Shown here in pieces: positions 30,259 to 40,900 of a DNA stretch of 64,000 bases. Position numbers and translations under genes: made by a program. The stretch is taken from positions 159,880 through 223,879 of IMG/VR virus record IMGVR_UViG_3300035698_007246. One strand, given 5' to 3'. The first letter of the stretch is position 1. Each line of letters starts with the position of its first letter. Below the pieces are notes generated by a model. It saw nothing but the letters and a program-made list of their open reading frames with translations, ran no database searches and was not told the DNA's origin.

Positions 30259-30726
30259 ATGGCTACAAGTTATGTTTTTGACCATGTTAAAATGATGGTC
30301 GCAAAGGGACAAATTATATTTTATAATATACCGGATGGTGGATTTAAATTGGCATTAGTCACATCTGCTGCATTTGATAATTTCAGTGCAGGAGCATTCA
30401 GTGATTATGAATACTGGAATGATGTATCTGCTGCTGAAATCAATGTCACTGGTAGTGGATATTCGAGTAAAGGGTATACTGGCCCAGAATCATTAGTAAA
30501 TAATGGTACATCTGAGGAAGAGGTTAATGGCTTTACACAAGTAAAAGTGTCGGCAACTGATATGTCATATCCAATATCCACGATTGATGCTGATGGTGCG
30601 GTTGTTTTTAAAAATGACTCTACATGTACGTTAATAACTGCTATACATTTTGGTGAAAAGAAATCATCAAATAATGGCTCTTTTATTATTGATTTGTCAA
30701 CAGAAGGTTGGATTCGAATCCACTAA
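30259..30726 (+). CDS. Putative virion structural protein (paralogue of the next gene)
   Basis: FKLALVTS...DVSAAEI..GSGY...FGEKKSSNNGSF matches FKAILC...DVSANEITSGNGY...DFGEDKTVCDGAT of 30738. Confidence 0.6.
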   Translation: MATSYVFDHVKMMVAKGQIIFYNIPDGGFKLALVTSAAFDNFSAGAFSDYEYWNDVSAAEINVTGSGYSSKGYTGPESLVNNGTSEEEVNGFTQVKVSATDMSYPISTIDADGAVVFKNDSTCTLITAIHFGEKKSSNNGSFIIDLSTEGWIRIH

Positions 30727-30737
30727 GGGGGGAATAA

Positions 30738-31181
30738 ATGGCTGATATAATACCTCACTATTTTTTAACACAACTATCTACTAAAAAGATAGATTTTAAT
30801 ACAGATGGGTTTAAAGCTATTTTGTGTAATGGTTCATATGTTGAAGCTACATTACGTGATATACAAACTTATGCTGATGTGAGTGCTAATGAAATAACAT
30901 CTGGTAATGGATATGTTACAGGTGGGATTGATGTTTCTGGAACAAGTGCCACAACTGACGACGCTAATAACAGAACATTATTTAAATGTGATGATTTGGT
31001 ATTCACTGCAACTGGTGGTGAAATTGGACCAACTCGATATTGTGTGATGTATGACTCTGATGGTGAAGATACTACTGTGTATGTTTTTGATTTTGGGGAA
31101 GATAAAACTGTATGTGATGGGGCTACTCTAAGAATAGTAGTCGATGCAACTGCTTTCATGAAGGCATATCAAAAGGTGTAA
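30738..31181 (+). CDS. Putative virion structural (tail/fibre-associated) protein
   Basis: IDFNTDGFKAIL..DVSANEITSGNGYVTGG pattern seen in phage tail-region proteins. Confidence 0.6.
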   Translation: MADIIPHYFLTQLSTKKIDFNTDGFKAILCNGSYVEATLRDIQTYADVSANEITSGNGYVTGGIDVSGTSATTDDANNRTLFKCDDLVFTATGGEIGPTRYCVMYDSDGEDTTVYVFDFGEDKTVCDGATLRIVVDATAFMKAYQKV

Positions 31182-31186
31182 ATTAA

Positions 31187-31759
31187 ATGGCATTAGTAAA
31201 TCTATCACCAACCACCAGAGTTTGGCTGGATATTGAAAATAATACAGTTAATCAAAAAAGTGATAATACTGGACAAATTGGTCAGTATCTTAGAGGTGCG
31301 TCCAATTTCTATACAGATGAGACAATTTTACAATTTGATTTAACGAGTTTGGTTGGTGCTACGGTTACTGATGTTGATTTGGATTTCACAATATCAAGCG
31401 AAAACTGGCCTGGGTCGATAAATGGATATTTGTACGACCAAAACAAAACCGTTCCCGGTTCATGGAGTACTGTACCACGATTTGATGATTTTGCACAGAT
31501 AGCATGGTCAACAGAATTAGATAATGTTAGTATGGGTGGAACTGGAACATATACGTTTAATAGTGCGAGTTTAGACAGTTTAGTGCAGGATTGGATTGAT
31601 GATAGTGACGATAACTGGGGTGTTATTATTGGTGCTAATCCTTCATATTTTGGATATTATGGTACATTAAGTACAGCAACATTAAAAGTTACATATACTG
31701 CTGCTGTTACAGCAAAACCAGTAAACGCTTTACATCATTATAAAATGAGAAGACGATAA
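31187..31759 (+). CDS. Putative carbohydrate-binding (DNRLRE-like) virion protein
   Basis: ILQFDLTSL..ATVTDVDL...LVQDWI...NWGVII...LKVTY. Confidence 0.5.
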   Translation: MALVNLSPTTRVWLDIENNTVNQKSDNTGQIGQYLRGASNFYTDETILQFDLTSLVGATVTDVDLDFTISSENWPGSINGYLYDQNKTVPGSWSTVPRFDDFAQIAWSTELDNVSMGGTGTYTFNSASLDSLVQDWIDDSDDNWGVIIGANPSYFGYYGTLSTATLKVTYTAAVTAKPVNALHHYKMRRR

Positions 31760-31773
31760 AATGGAGAACATAA

Positions 31774-34700
31774 ATGAATATATTAAAATATAATACATCG
31801 GCTACTGTAAAAATGGGGCCATTTGTTAGTTCGGCTGATGGGTATACAGAACAAACAAGTTTAACATTGAGTCAAGCCGATTTTCGTTTGTCTAAAAATG
31901 GTGGAAATATGGCTCAAAAGAATGATACCGGTTCTGGAACTCATGATGAGGTTGGTTGGTATGATGTTGATTTAAATACAACAGATACTAATGGACTCGG
32001 TAGATTAGATATTGCTGTATCAGAAGCTGGTTCATTACCTGTGTGGGCAACATTCATGGTGATGTCAGAACAGGAATATGATTCGTTTTTTGGTAGTGGT
32101 GTATTAGCAACATCCGCAACAAATTTAAGTGAAGTGGATGTAGGAATTGTTGAAGCAAATTTGACTGAAATAGATAGTATAAGTCTTTCAGGGCATGACG
32201 CTGTGTTGAGATTAAATCAATTGAGTTTAAAATCATCGACAGTTATACCATTTAGAGCCGAATCATTGGGACCCAATGACGCTATGTATGCAAAAGGATA
32301 TGGTAAAGGTAGTGGTTTTAATATACATGGTGGTGTTACTGCTCCTGCACTGAATTTATATGGTGGTACAAATGGACTTAAAATAGAATCATTGGGGGTT
32401 AACACTGGTTTGTTAATAAACAGTCCAGATGTAGGTGTAGAAGTAATTGGTGATAAAGGTGGAATATATGTGAAAGCAGTATCCAACGGTCATGCATTAG
32501 GATTATCAGGACATCCGGGAACTGGACATGGGATTGACGCTTATGGTAACGCAGGTATTTATGCAAGAGGTGTTGCTGGTCTTGGTTATGGTATGGTGTT
32601 ATCTGGTATAGGTGCTGGACAAGCTGGATTATTAACAAATGGTGCTGTTGGTATGGTTGCTTCTGCAACTAATTTAGATGAAGTTAGTGTGAGTGTTGAT
32701 ATTTCAACTCTTGCCACATCAGCGGTATTAGATACAGTAGGAAGTAATGTCCAAGGAATTCATGATGTGTTGCCTGGTGGCGGTCAAGATATGGTAGGAA
32801 ACTTAGAATTGAATGCGGTATGGCAACATGTTGATGATGTTTATATAGATATGGCTACATCAGCGGTATTAGATACAGTAGGAAGTAATGTTTTATTGAT
32901 TCCAATAGATAATAATGGAATTACAGTGAGTGCAAACAATTTAAGTGAAGTTGATATCAATGGACAAACAACATCAGCAAACAATCTAAGTGAAGTTGAT
33001 GTTTCAGGTCAAGTAACATCAGCAAACAATTTAAGTGAAGTTGATGTTTCAGGTCAATCGGTATCAGCAAACAATCTAAGTGAAGTTGATGTTTCAGGAC
33101 AAACAGTATTTGCTTCTGCTACAAATTTAAGTGAAGTTGATATCAATGGACAAACAACATCAGCAAACAATCTAAGTGAAGTTGATGTTTCAGGACAAAC
33201 AGTATTTGCTTCTGCTACAAATTTAAGTGAAGTTGATGTTTCAGGTCAATCGGTATCAGCTACGAATTTAAGTGAAGTTGACATAAATGGTCAAGTAACA
33301 TCAGCAAGTAATTTAAGTGAAATAGATTTAAGTATATTGGCAACATCTGCTGCTATACAAGTTGTTGATAATAATATAGATACAATAGTTGGAGTATTAC
33401 CTGCTGGTGGAGATATTATAGCAGGACAAAATGACATTGACGCTATTCTTGTTAATACAAGATTTAAAGCAACTGTGCCATCTCAAGCTATCGTTCCAGA
33501 AACTGGATATTATCCATATGAACTTATTGCTCATTTATACAATAGTTCTGGTTCAATGGAAGACCCTGACCTTGATAAAATGTATATTCAAATCAAAGCT
33601 GTGTCTGGTGCAGAATATAAAAATGAATTATATGATGATGTTGGAACAACGACACATGCAACTTCGGGTATAAATTCTAATTTCCAACCAGAATATTATG
33701 AGATGACGAAAGTCAATACTGGATATTATCACATATTTTATAAATTATCAGCCAATGAAGATAGCAATCAATGGGTTGCAACATTTGGATATGAAGAGAA
33801 TGGTGAAATTTTATATCATTCAAGAACTACAATTATTCTTACACAAACAGCGGGTGTAACAACATTGGCTGATAATATAACAAATAAAGATATTATTAGA
33901 GAATCGATGGGTCGTGTTGATGGGGCTGAGGCTTCTATTGATACTAAATTGAATAATATATATGGTGATATGGGCACATCTGCAAGACAAGTCACAATCA
34001 ATACAAATGTTGTGGCAAACGGACTTAATATCGGTTTAATACCAACTGATAATAATGGTATTAGTGTTAGTGCGAATAACTTAGATGAAATTGATTTTAC
34101 AGGACTATCTGTATCGGCAAATAACTTAGATGAGGTTGACATAAATGGTCAAACAGTTTTTGCTTCAGCTACAAATTTAAGTGAAGTTGATGTTTCAGGT
34201 CAATCTGTATCAGCAAATAACTTAGATGAAATTGATTTTACAGGACTATCTGTATCAGCAAGTAATTTAAGTGAAGTTGATGTTTCAGGTCAATCTGTAT
34301 CGGCAAATAACTTAGATGAAATTGGTTTAACAGGATTAACTGTTTCAGCAAGTAATTTGAGTGAAGTTGATATTAACGGGCAAACAACATCAGCAAGTAA
34401 TTTAAGTGAAGTTGATGTTTCAGGTCAAACAGTATTTGCTTCTGCTACGAATTTATCAGAAGTTGATATTAACGGACAAACAACATCAGCAAATAACTTA
34501 GATGAAATTGGTTTAACAGGATTAACTGTTTCAGCAAGTAATTTAAGTGAAGTTGATGTTTCAGGACAATCTGTTTCAGCAAGTAACCTTAGTGAACTTA
34601 ATGTTTCTGCTGATTGTTATACAGCATTAACTGGATATGGGGTTCATACGTCTGCATATGCCGATGTGATTAGAGACCAATTATTGGTTGAAATTAATGA

Positions 34701-34899
34701 TGTTGCTAATGAAGTAATGTTATCTGCTACTATTGATGGAAGTAAAAATTTGACTCAAGTGATGTCTGACTTATTAGCAGAGGCAATTGGTAAGATTGTA
34801 TTCACAAGTGCGAGTGATTTGTTTACATATTATAGACAAGACAATATCACATCTGCTTTTGCGTTGAGTGGAACTAATGACTTAAGAACAAGAATATAG
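31774..34899 (+). CDS. Large repeat-rich virion fibre/decoration protein
   Basis: Gly-rich solenoid-like region plus about 21 tandem SAxNL(S/D)E(V/I)D repeats. Confidence 0.65.
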   Translation: MNILKYNTSATVKMGPFVSSADGYTEQTSLTLSQADFRLSKNGGNMAQKNDTGSGTHDEVGWYDVDLNTTDTNGLGRLDIAVSEAGSLPVWATFMVMSEQEYDSFFGSGVLATSATNLSEVDVGIVEANLTEIDSISLSGHDAVLRLNQLSLKSSTVIPFRAESLGPNDAMYAKGYGKGSGFNIHGGVTAPALNLYGGTNGLKIESLGVNTGLLINSPDVGVEVIGDKGGIYVKAVSNGHALGLSGHPGTGHGIDAYGNAGIYARGVAGLGYGMVLSGIGAGQAGLLTNGAVGMVASATNLDEVSVSVDISTLATSAVLDTVGSNVQGIHDVLPGGGQDMVGNLELNAVWQHVDDVYIDMATSAVLDTVGSNVLLIPIDNNGITVSANNLSEVDINGQTTSANNLSEVDVSGQVTSANNLSEVDVSGQSVSANNLSEVDVSGQTVFASATNLSEVDINGQTTSANNLSEVDVSGQTVFASATNLSEVDVSGQSVSATNLSEVDINGQVTSASNLSEIDLSILATSAAIQVVDNNIDTIVGVLPAGGDIIAGQNDIDAILVNTRFKATVPSQAIVPETGYYPYELIAHLYNSSGSMEDPDLDKMYIQIKAVSGAEYKNELYDDVGTTTHATSGINSNFQPEYYEMTKVNTGYYHIFYKLSANEDSNQWVATFGYEENGEILYHSRTTIILTQTAGVTTLADNITNKDIIRESMGRVDGAEASIDTKLNNIYGDMGTSARQVTINTNVVANGLNIGLIPTDNNGISVSANNLDEIDFTGLSVSANNLDEVDINGQTVFASATNLSEVDVSGQSVSANNLDEIDFTGLSVSASNLSEVDVSGQSVSANNLDEIGLTGLTVSASNLSEVDINGQTTSASNLSEVDVSGQTVFASATNLSEVDINGQTTSANNLDEIGLTGLTVSASNLSEVDVSGQSVSASNLSELNVSADCYTALTGYGVHTSAYADVIRDQLLVEINDVANEVMLSATIDGSKNLTQVMSDLLAEAIGKIVFTSASDLFTYYRQDNITSAFALSGTNDLRTRI
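32929..33333 (+). repeat. Coding tandem repeat block 1 (9 units of 45/51 bp)
   Basis: SANNLSEVDINGQTT / SANNLSEVDVSGQTVFA units. Confidence 0.9.
34069..34608 (+). repeat. Coding tandem repeat block 2 (12 units of 45/51 bp)
   Basis: SANNLDEIDFTGLSV / SASNLSEVDVSGQSV units. Confidence 0.9.
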
Positions 34900-34913
34900 A
34901 ATAGGGTGGTCTA

Positions 34914-35834
34914 ATGGGAATAATGAAGGGTGATTCACTCGGTGTATTTACTGGTGGTTGGTTTGATAAAATCACAGGGAAATTCAGAAGTGCATTAGAC
35001 GTATTTACTGATGGGTGGTTCGAACAATGTCCAAGTGACATTAGTATTAGTGCCATCCCTCAAGATTTTATATTTGAACCAAGTTTAACTGAAATACGAG
35101 TTGAATTTGAAGTTTTTAGTTTACAATCTGAGTGGGTTATTGAAAAATCTTTTATTAATATCGAGATTGAAACATCTTTTGATTATGAAGATTATTCAGC
35201 TTTGCCTAATCAGTGGTTTACAAAATGTAGTACCAATTATGATAAAGAAAGAGAACTTATGCAAGTACTACAAATGGAAGTTTATAATACTTATGGAGTC
35301 CCATGTTATTATTACAAAATGAAATACGATATTAGTGCAAGTGATAAAATCTGGGGTGAAAATAATTCTCGAACATTTTCTGAATATTGGAGTGATGTTC
35401 AAGTCTATTATAAATTACCTCGTGAAAATAAACAATGGAATAAATTTGGAATAGAGGGTCTTAATAATTTCAGTATGTATTTGTCAAAGGCACATTTTGA
35501 TTATATTACATCTGGAGAATGGATTCCAAAACAAGGTGATTTAATTCAAGCAGAATTTAATTCAAATTTATATGAAATTGTTGAGGTTAAAGAAGAATCT
35601 GGGATGTACTTCCTTGATAAACGATACACATGGGAATTAATCGTGAAACCATTTAAAGATGAATTTGTTGCTATGACTGGGGATGTTAGTGCTTCCCCAT
35701 TATCAGCTTTTGCTAATAAACCAACAGACATTTTTGATATCACAAATCCTATTGATGTTGAAAAAGAAAAATATATTTATAAGCCACCAGCTTCCGAGAA
35801 AGGTAGTAATGACCCTTTTGGGCAGTGGGGTTAA
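34914..35834 (+). CDS. Neck/head-closure protein (T4 gp14-like), copy 1 with N-terminal extension
   Basis: YGVPCYY..IWGENNSR..KFGIEGL..PKQGDLI..LYEIVEV..DPFG. Confidence 0.75.
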   Translation: MGIMKGDSLGVFTGGWFDKITGKFRSALDVFTDGWFEQCPSDISISAIPQDFIFEPSLTEIRVEFEVFSLQSEWVIEKSFINIEIETSFDYEDYSALPNQWFTKCSTNYDKERELMQVLQMEVYNTYGVPCYYYKMKYDISASDKIWGENNSRTFSEYWSDVQVYYKLPRENKQWNKFGIEGLNNFSMYLSKAHFDYITSGEWIPKQGDLIQAEFNSNLYEIVEVKEESGMYFLDKRYTWELIVKPFKDEFVAMTGDVSASPLSAFANKPTDIFDITNPIDVEKEKYIYKPPASEKGSNDPFGQWG

Positions 35835-35847
35835 AAAGGAGTTTGAT

Positions 35848-36171
35848 ATGAAATTTAACAAGATGATAAAAAGAGTAATTCGTTTTTGTAAAAGAAATGA
35901 GGAAGAAACACATCCACATGATTCTTTTATAACTATCCGATTCCATTATGAATGGAACCATGATAAGAAATGTCATAAGTTTAGTGGTGTGTATTTTTTT
36001 ATGATGTCACCATTTGAACGAGTGGGGGAATATGTAATAGGTAATTTTGAAACAAGAAAAGGTGAAGGTGCATATCGTAGGTCTTGGCATTTTAGATATA
36101 GTCAAGGAAGAAAATATTTTATTAGATGGTCTAATAAAGGATTTTTGGCATATGATAATGAACAATTATAA
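35848..36171 (+). CDS. Hypothetical basic, aromatic-rich protein
   Basis: AAGGAG Shine-Dalgarno before ATG 35848. Confidence 0.55.
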   Translation: MKFNKMIKRVIRFCKRNEEETHPHDSFITIRFHYEWNHDKKCHKFSGVYFFMMSPFERVGEYVIGNFETRKGEGAYRRSWHFRYSQGRKYFIRWSNKGFLAYDNEQL

Positions 36172-36274
36172 TATAAATAAATATGAGAAGGACATCGGAG
36201 TCATGACCGTTTCCTGAAACTTATACAAGTAAGGATTACTTCTCATTCATTTTAACTCGTATAAGGAGAAAATT
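36172..36274 (+). ncRNA. Structured cis-regulatory RNA leader, copy A (with late promoter)
   Basis: TATAAATA..ATGAGAAG-GACA-tCGG[agtcatga]CCG-TT-TCCT[gaaaCTTATACaagta]AGGA-TTA-CTTCTCAT...GTATAAGGAG..ATG. Confidence 0.8.
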
Positions 36275-37198
36275 ATGGGTAAAAGATTAACAAAAGAAGA
36301 ATTTGTTGAAAAAGCAAGAAAAGTTCACGGTGATTTATACGATTATAGTTTAGTTGAGTATAAAAGTGCTCATGGAAAAGTGAAAATTATATGTCAAGAA
36401 CATGGTGAATTTGAACAAAATTTTAATAATCATGTTTATAATGGTAAAGGATGTCCTAAATGTAATGGTGGGGTTCGATTAACAACAGAAGAATTCATTG
36501 AAAGAGCAATAAAAGTTCATGGTGAATTGTATGATTATAATTTGGTTGAATATGTGTCGAATAATAAAAAAGTTATAATAATTTGTAAAGTTCATGGTGA
36601 ATTTGAACAAACTCCTAATAGTCATTTAAATGGAAGTGGGTGTTCTAAATGTGCAAATATGTATAATAGAATTAATAAATCAGACACAATTGATATGTTT
36701 ATAAAAAAAGCAGAAAAAATACATGGATTGATATATGGATATTCAAAATGTGTATATGTTAATGCATATATAAAAGTCAAAATTTTATGTAAAAAATGTG
36801 ATATTTTCTTTCATCAAACTCCAAATGACCATCTAATGGGAAGTGGATGTTCTAAATGCAAATCATCAAAAGGTGAATTGAAAATTGAAAAATATTTAAA
36901 AGAAAATAATATAAAATTCATAAATCAAAAGACATTCAGGGAATGTAAGGCCGTAAAACGTTATTTGCCTTTTGATTTTTATTTGCCGGAGTATAATATT
37001 CTTGTTGAATATGATGGTATGCAACATTTTAAACCAATAAAATATTTTGGTGGTGTTGAAGCATTTCAAAAAAGACAAAAATATGACAAATTCAAAACTG
37101 ATTATTGTTTAAAGAATAATATTAAATTAATCAGAATCCCATATACGGAATTTAAAAATGTGGAAATTGTTTTACACGAGGAGTTAAAAAATGTCTAA
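36275..37198 (+). CDS. Free-standing homing endonuclease (DUF723-like Cys/His repeats plus Vsr/PD-(D/E)XK domain)
   Basis: Three repeats EFxEKAxKxHG..YDY..IICxxHGEFEQ..H..GCxKC; LPFDFYL..VEYDGMQH..LIRIPY. Confidence 0.85.
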   Translation: MGKRLTKEEFVEKARKVHGDLYDYSLVEYKSAHGKVKIICQEHGEFEQNFNNHVYNGKGCPKCNGGVRLTTEEFIERAIKVHGELYDYNLVEYVSNNKKVIIICKVHGEFEQTPNSHLNGSGCSKCANMYNRINKSDTIDMFIKKAEKIHGLIYGYSKCVYVNAYIKVKILCKKCDIFFHQTPNDHLMGSGCSKCKSSKGELKIEKYLKENNIKFINQKTFRECKAVKRYLPFDFYLPEYNILVEYDGMQHFKPIKYFGGVEAFQKRQKYDKFKTDYCLKNNIKLIRIPYTEFKNVEIVLHEELKNV

Positions 37199-37841
37199 TT
37201 TTGAACATTTTAATAGAGGAAAAAATCCATATTTTGATTTTAGAAATGGTTATGAGAGTGATAAAAATATGTTGTCTAAATTGTTGACAAATGCGATAAA
37301 CATGCACGGAGTTTGTATGCAGTATTTCCAAACTTCCTATGATGTCATATATGACCCCATTTTTGGGGAGGATGGAAATCGTAGGTTCATACGGAAATTT
37401 GATTTGATGTGCCAATTTCAATTACCCCGTGAAGATAAAATGTGGACCAGTTTTGGCATAAGTAATCTTGACAATTTCTCGATGTTCTGTTCAAAGCGAC
37501 ATTTCGCTGCAGCGTCTGGCCCAACTAAGATTATACCAAAGATTGGAGATATCATTATGTCAAGGTATGCACCAAATATATATGAAATAACTGAAGTTGT
37601 TGAAGATGTTTCTATGTTTTTACAATCAAAGCAACACATGTGGGAATTTGTAGTCAAAGTTTACAAAGATGAAGGAATTGAATTGCCTGATAGTATGTCA
37701 GGGACATCACTTTCAGCATATACAAACAAAGCTGAGGACATTTTTGACATCACCAATGACATAGATGTTGAGAAAGAAGATATTATTTATAAGCCACCAG
37801 CGTCTGAGCAAGGTTCAGATGATCCGTTTTCAAATTGGTAA
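37191..37841 (+). CDS. Neck/head-closure protein (T4 gp14-like), copy 2
   Basis: AINMHGV..IFGEDGNR..SFGISNLD..PKIGDII..IYEITEV..DPF. Confidence 0.75.
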   Translation: MSNFEHFNRGKNPYFDFRNGYESDKNMLSKLLTNAINMHGVCMQYFQTSYDVIYDPIFGEDGNRRFIRKFDLMCQFQLPREDKMWTSFGISNLDNFSMFCSKRHFAAASGPTKIIPKIGDIIMSRYAPNIYEITEVVEDVSMFLQSKQHMWEFVVKVYKDEGIELPDSMSGTSLSAYTNKAEDIFDITNDIDVEKEDIIYKPPASEQGSDDPFSNW

Positions 37842-37909
37842 AAACATAAATAATATAAATACTTTATAATTACGTTTTTTTGCACATTCATTTTGGTAGG
37901 AATTTTAAA

Positions 37910-40900
37910 ATGAAAGATAACAAATATGATAAGTTTATAGAACAAAAAAGATTTGAAAATGATTTAAAAGACATTTTTGAAAATGTTTCTAAAAATATAA
38001 AAGAAGAAAAGTTGTTGACTGAAGCAACAAAGAAAAAAGCTATAAAAAATGTAGTTGTTAAGAAACCTGTGCTTAAAAAGGAACCTAAACAATATGTTCC
38101 TCCTAAACCACAGAACAATGCGATGTTTATTGCTGCGGAAAAGTTTATTCCTAACAATTTCCAGAAAAAAGATATTGGTGTTGATATTAATGCATTGGCT
38201 GCTACTTTAAAAGCAGACCCTAATTTTATGGCACGTATTCAACCACGACCATCTTTTGGGAATATGGGTAGCGGGTTAGGTCATAAAGAAGCTCAACAAT
38301 TGATTGACGCTTCAATTGCTTTAATACCGTCATCATCATCAGTAAGTGCTGTTAATGTTCCTTTTGATAATACATCAACAACATTATCAGGAACAGATTT
38401 ACAAAATACAACAGAAGAATTGGACGATAAAATAGTTTATTTATCTGCTAATCCTTCTAACACATTCGATGAAATTCAATTGGATATAAATTACACATCG
38501 GCTGGAAATCCTGCTTGGCAAGAAGGATTGGTGTTTTATGATGTTGGAAATAAATGTCCAGCTTATTATGGAGACAAAAGTGATGTAACTACTCAGATTG
38601 GTCAAGAAGGTCAGGTTCGGGTAATAAACAAAACGGGTGTTGCTATACCAAATGGTTCTCCTGTGGAAATAACAAGTGCAAGTGATGGTTTACCAATGGT
38701 AGAAAATGCTGTATCTAAAATAGGTACAACACATATCATTGGGATTGCAACACATGATATAGCCGATGATGATACGGGATTGGCTACTATGTTTGGTACT
38801 GTCAGTGATGTTGATTTATCATCGTTTACTGTAGAAGATTCATTATATTTATCAACAAGTGCTGGTGTTTATGTTAATACACCACTAGCAAGTCCATATT
38901 CAACAGTTGAAATAGGGCATGTTGTGGATAATAGTGTTAGTGGTAAGTTGTTAGTTAGTATTCAACATAAATCATTAACAGTTGATAATATTAATCAAGT
39001 ATATGTTAGCATCAGTGGAACAGATAGTGTTGACGTTGATGGAACAGAAATTAAACCATATAAATCAATAAAATTTGCATTGAATCAAATTACAGATAAT
39101 GATAATACACATAGATATATTGTTTTGTTGAGTCCTGGTACATACAATGAAGATAATCCGATACAATTAAAAAGTTTCGTTGATATTAAAGCCATCGGGC
39201 ACAAACAGGTGACTACTGTAGTTGCTAACAATGACGATACTTTATTTCTTGGAGCACACAAAACCAATGTGGAAAGTGTTGGTATGAAGGGATATGTAGA
39301 TAAATTTGTTGTGGATATGTCAGTTTCTGGAAATATGAAAATTGAGGGAATTGGTGTACAAGATTCCAATGGTATATATATTAATGATGATAATGCTATA
39401 GTTAAAATAAATAATATCACATTCTCAACAAACACAGGAACGGTTGATAAAGGATTTGATATACATAGTGGTAATATTATAATTAGACAAACCGATGTAT
39501 TTGATGAGTCTGATGTAAATACTTTATTTAACATTAATGGCATAAATTCTATTGTGACAATAAAGGATGTTGTGTCTTTTTCACCAAATTTACACACAGG
39601 GTTTGATATCAGTACATCTGCACGATGTGTTATAAATGATATTAATATAATAGCACCCACACATGGTGTTGTAGTTAATGATGGTGCTAATATTCGTCTG
39701 AACAGTTCGTCGTTTTTTAATTGTGTTGATTCTGGGTTAATAAACACATCTGGAGCACCAGTGAAAGTTGGTTTACAAGGTATAACATTTGATGACAATA
39801 CTAACTATGACGTATATTCTGATGTATCAGGTTCACTCTTTTTTGGTAATGGATTTATTGAATTATCAAAAGTGTATGCTGGTACTGGTGTGAAGATGTA
39901 TGGTATGAGTATTGACCTATTCGCTGGTGATGAAGGCGTAAATATATTGGGTGAATTACATGTTGGTACTCCAGAAGGGCCAGCAGAATCAGTGTTTGGT
40001 GAAGGTGATTCGTACACAAGGGGAATGTTAGTGTATACTTATAATGCTGCAACATCTGCGTATACTGATGTGTCGTCTGAAGCAGGTACAAGTACAGGTT
40101 CAACGTTTGCTTTCCCTGGGAATGCTGTTGATAATGCTATTTATATTGGTTCAACATTAAAAAATCAAGGTAATTATGTTCCCCATTATGGATATAAAAA
40201 TACTATTGTTAGTGCTCATGACGGAACTGGATATATAATTGCGGAAATTTGGGATGGTTCTAATTGGATAGAAATTAATAATATGACAACTGAAGGGAAC
40301 GCTCCATATTATCCTGAATCTGATAAAATGCTTGCACATCATGGTAGTCATCATGTAAGATATAATGCATATATAACAACTGCAACATGGATTCCAAATG
40401 ATGATGTTGGGTATGGTGAAAATATATACTGGTCAAGACTTAGAATTTCATCTTCAACAGATATTGCACCTATTTTAGAACAAATAAAAATTCATTCAAA
40501 CAGAATGGAAATTAATGCTGATGGGTGGCCAGAATATTTTGGTAAAGCTCGTCCTGTAGGAACATTACCATGGGATTCTGGTTTGTTAGAAGCTGCTGCT
40601 GCCTCTCCAGGTAATCAGGACATTTATTTATCTGATACATTAGATATAGGTAGAGTCGAAAATAAATTTGCTAATGGTGCTACTGATAGAATGGGATTTT
40701 TAAGTCCATTACCACTGGATTGTGATACGTCAACACCAATTAAGATATCATGGTCTGTTAGGTCAGATGATAATACTGGTGGTAATATAGATTGGGTAGT
40801 TAGGTCTGGATTTTCTTCACCAGGAGGACCAATATATGGTGATGATGCAACAGCACCAACATCAGCAACAACTCAAATAGATAATGTGTTTACTTCTGCT

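Noticed and set aside
32929-34608. CRISPR-like or DGR template/variable repeats
   Set aside because: The repeats are in-frame coding units without unique spacers or adenine-specific variation; no reverse transcriptase or cas gene is present in the window.
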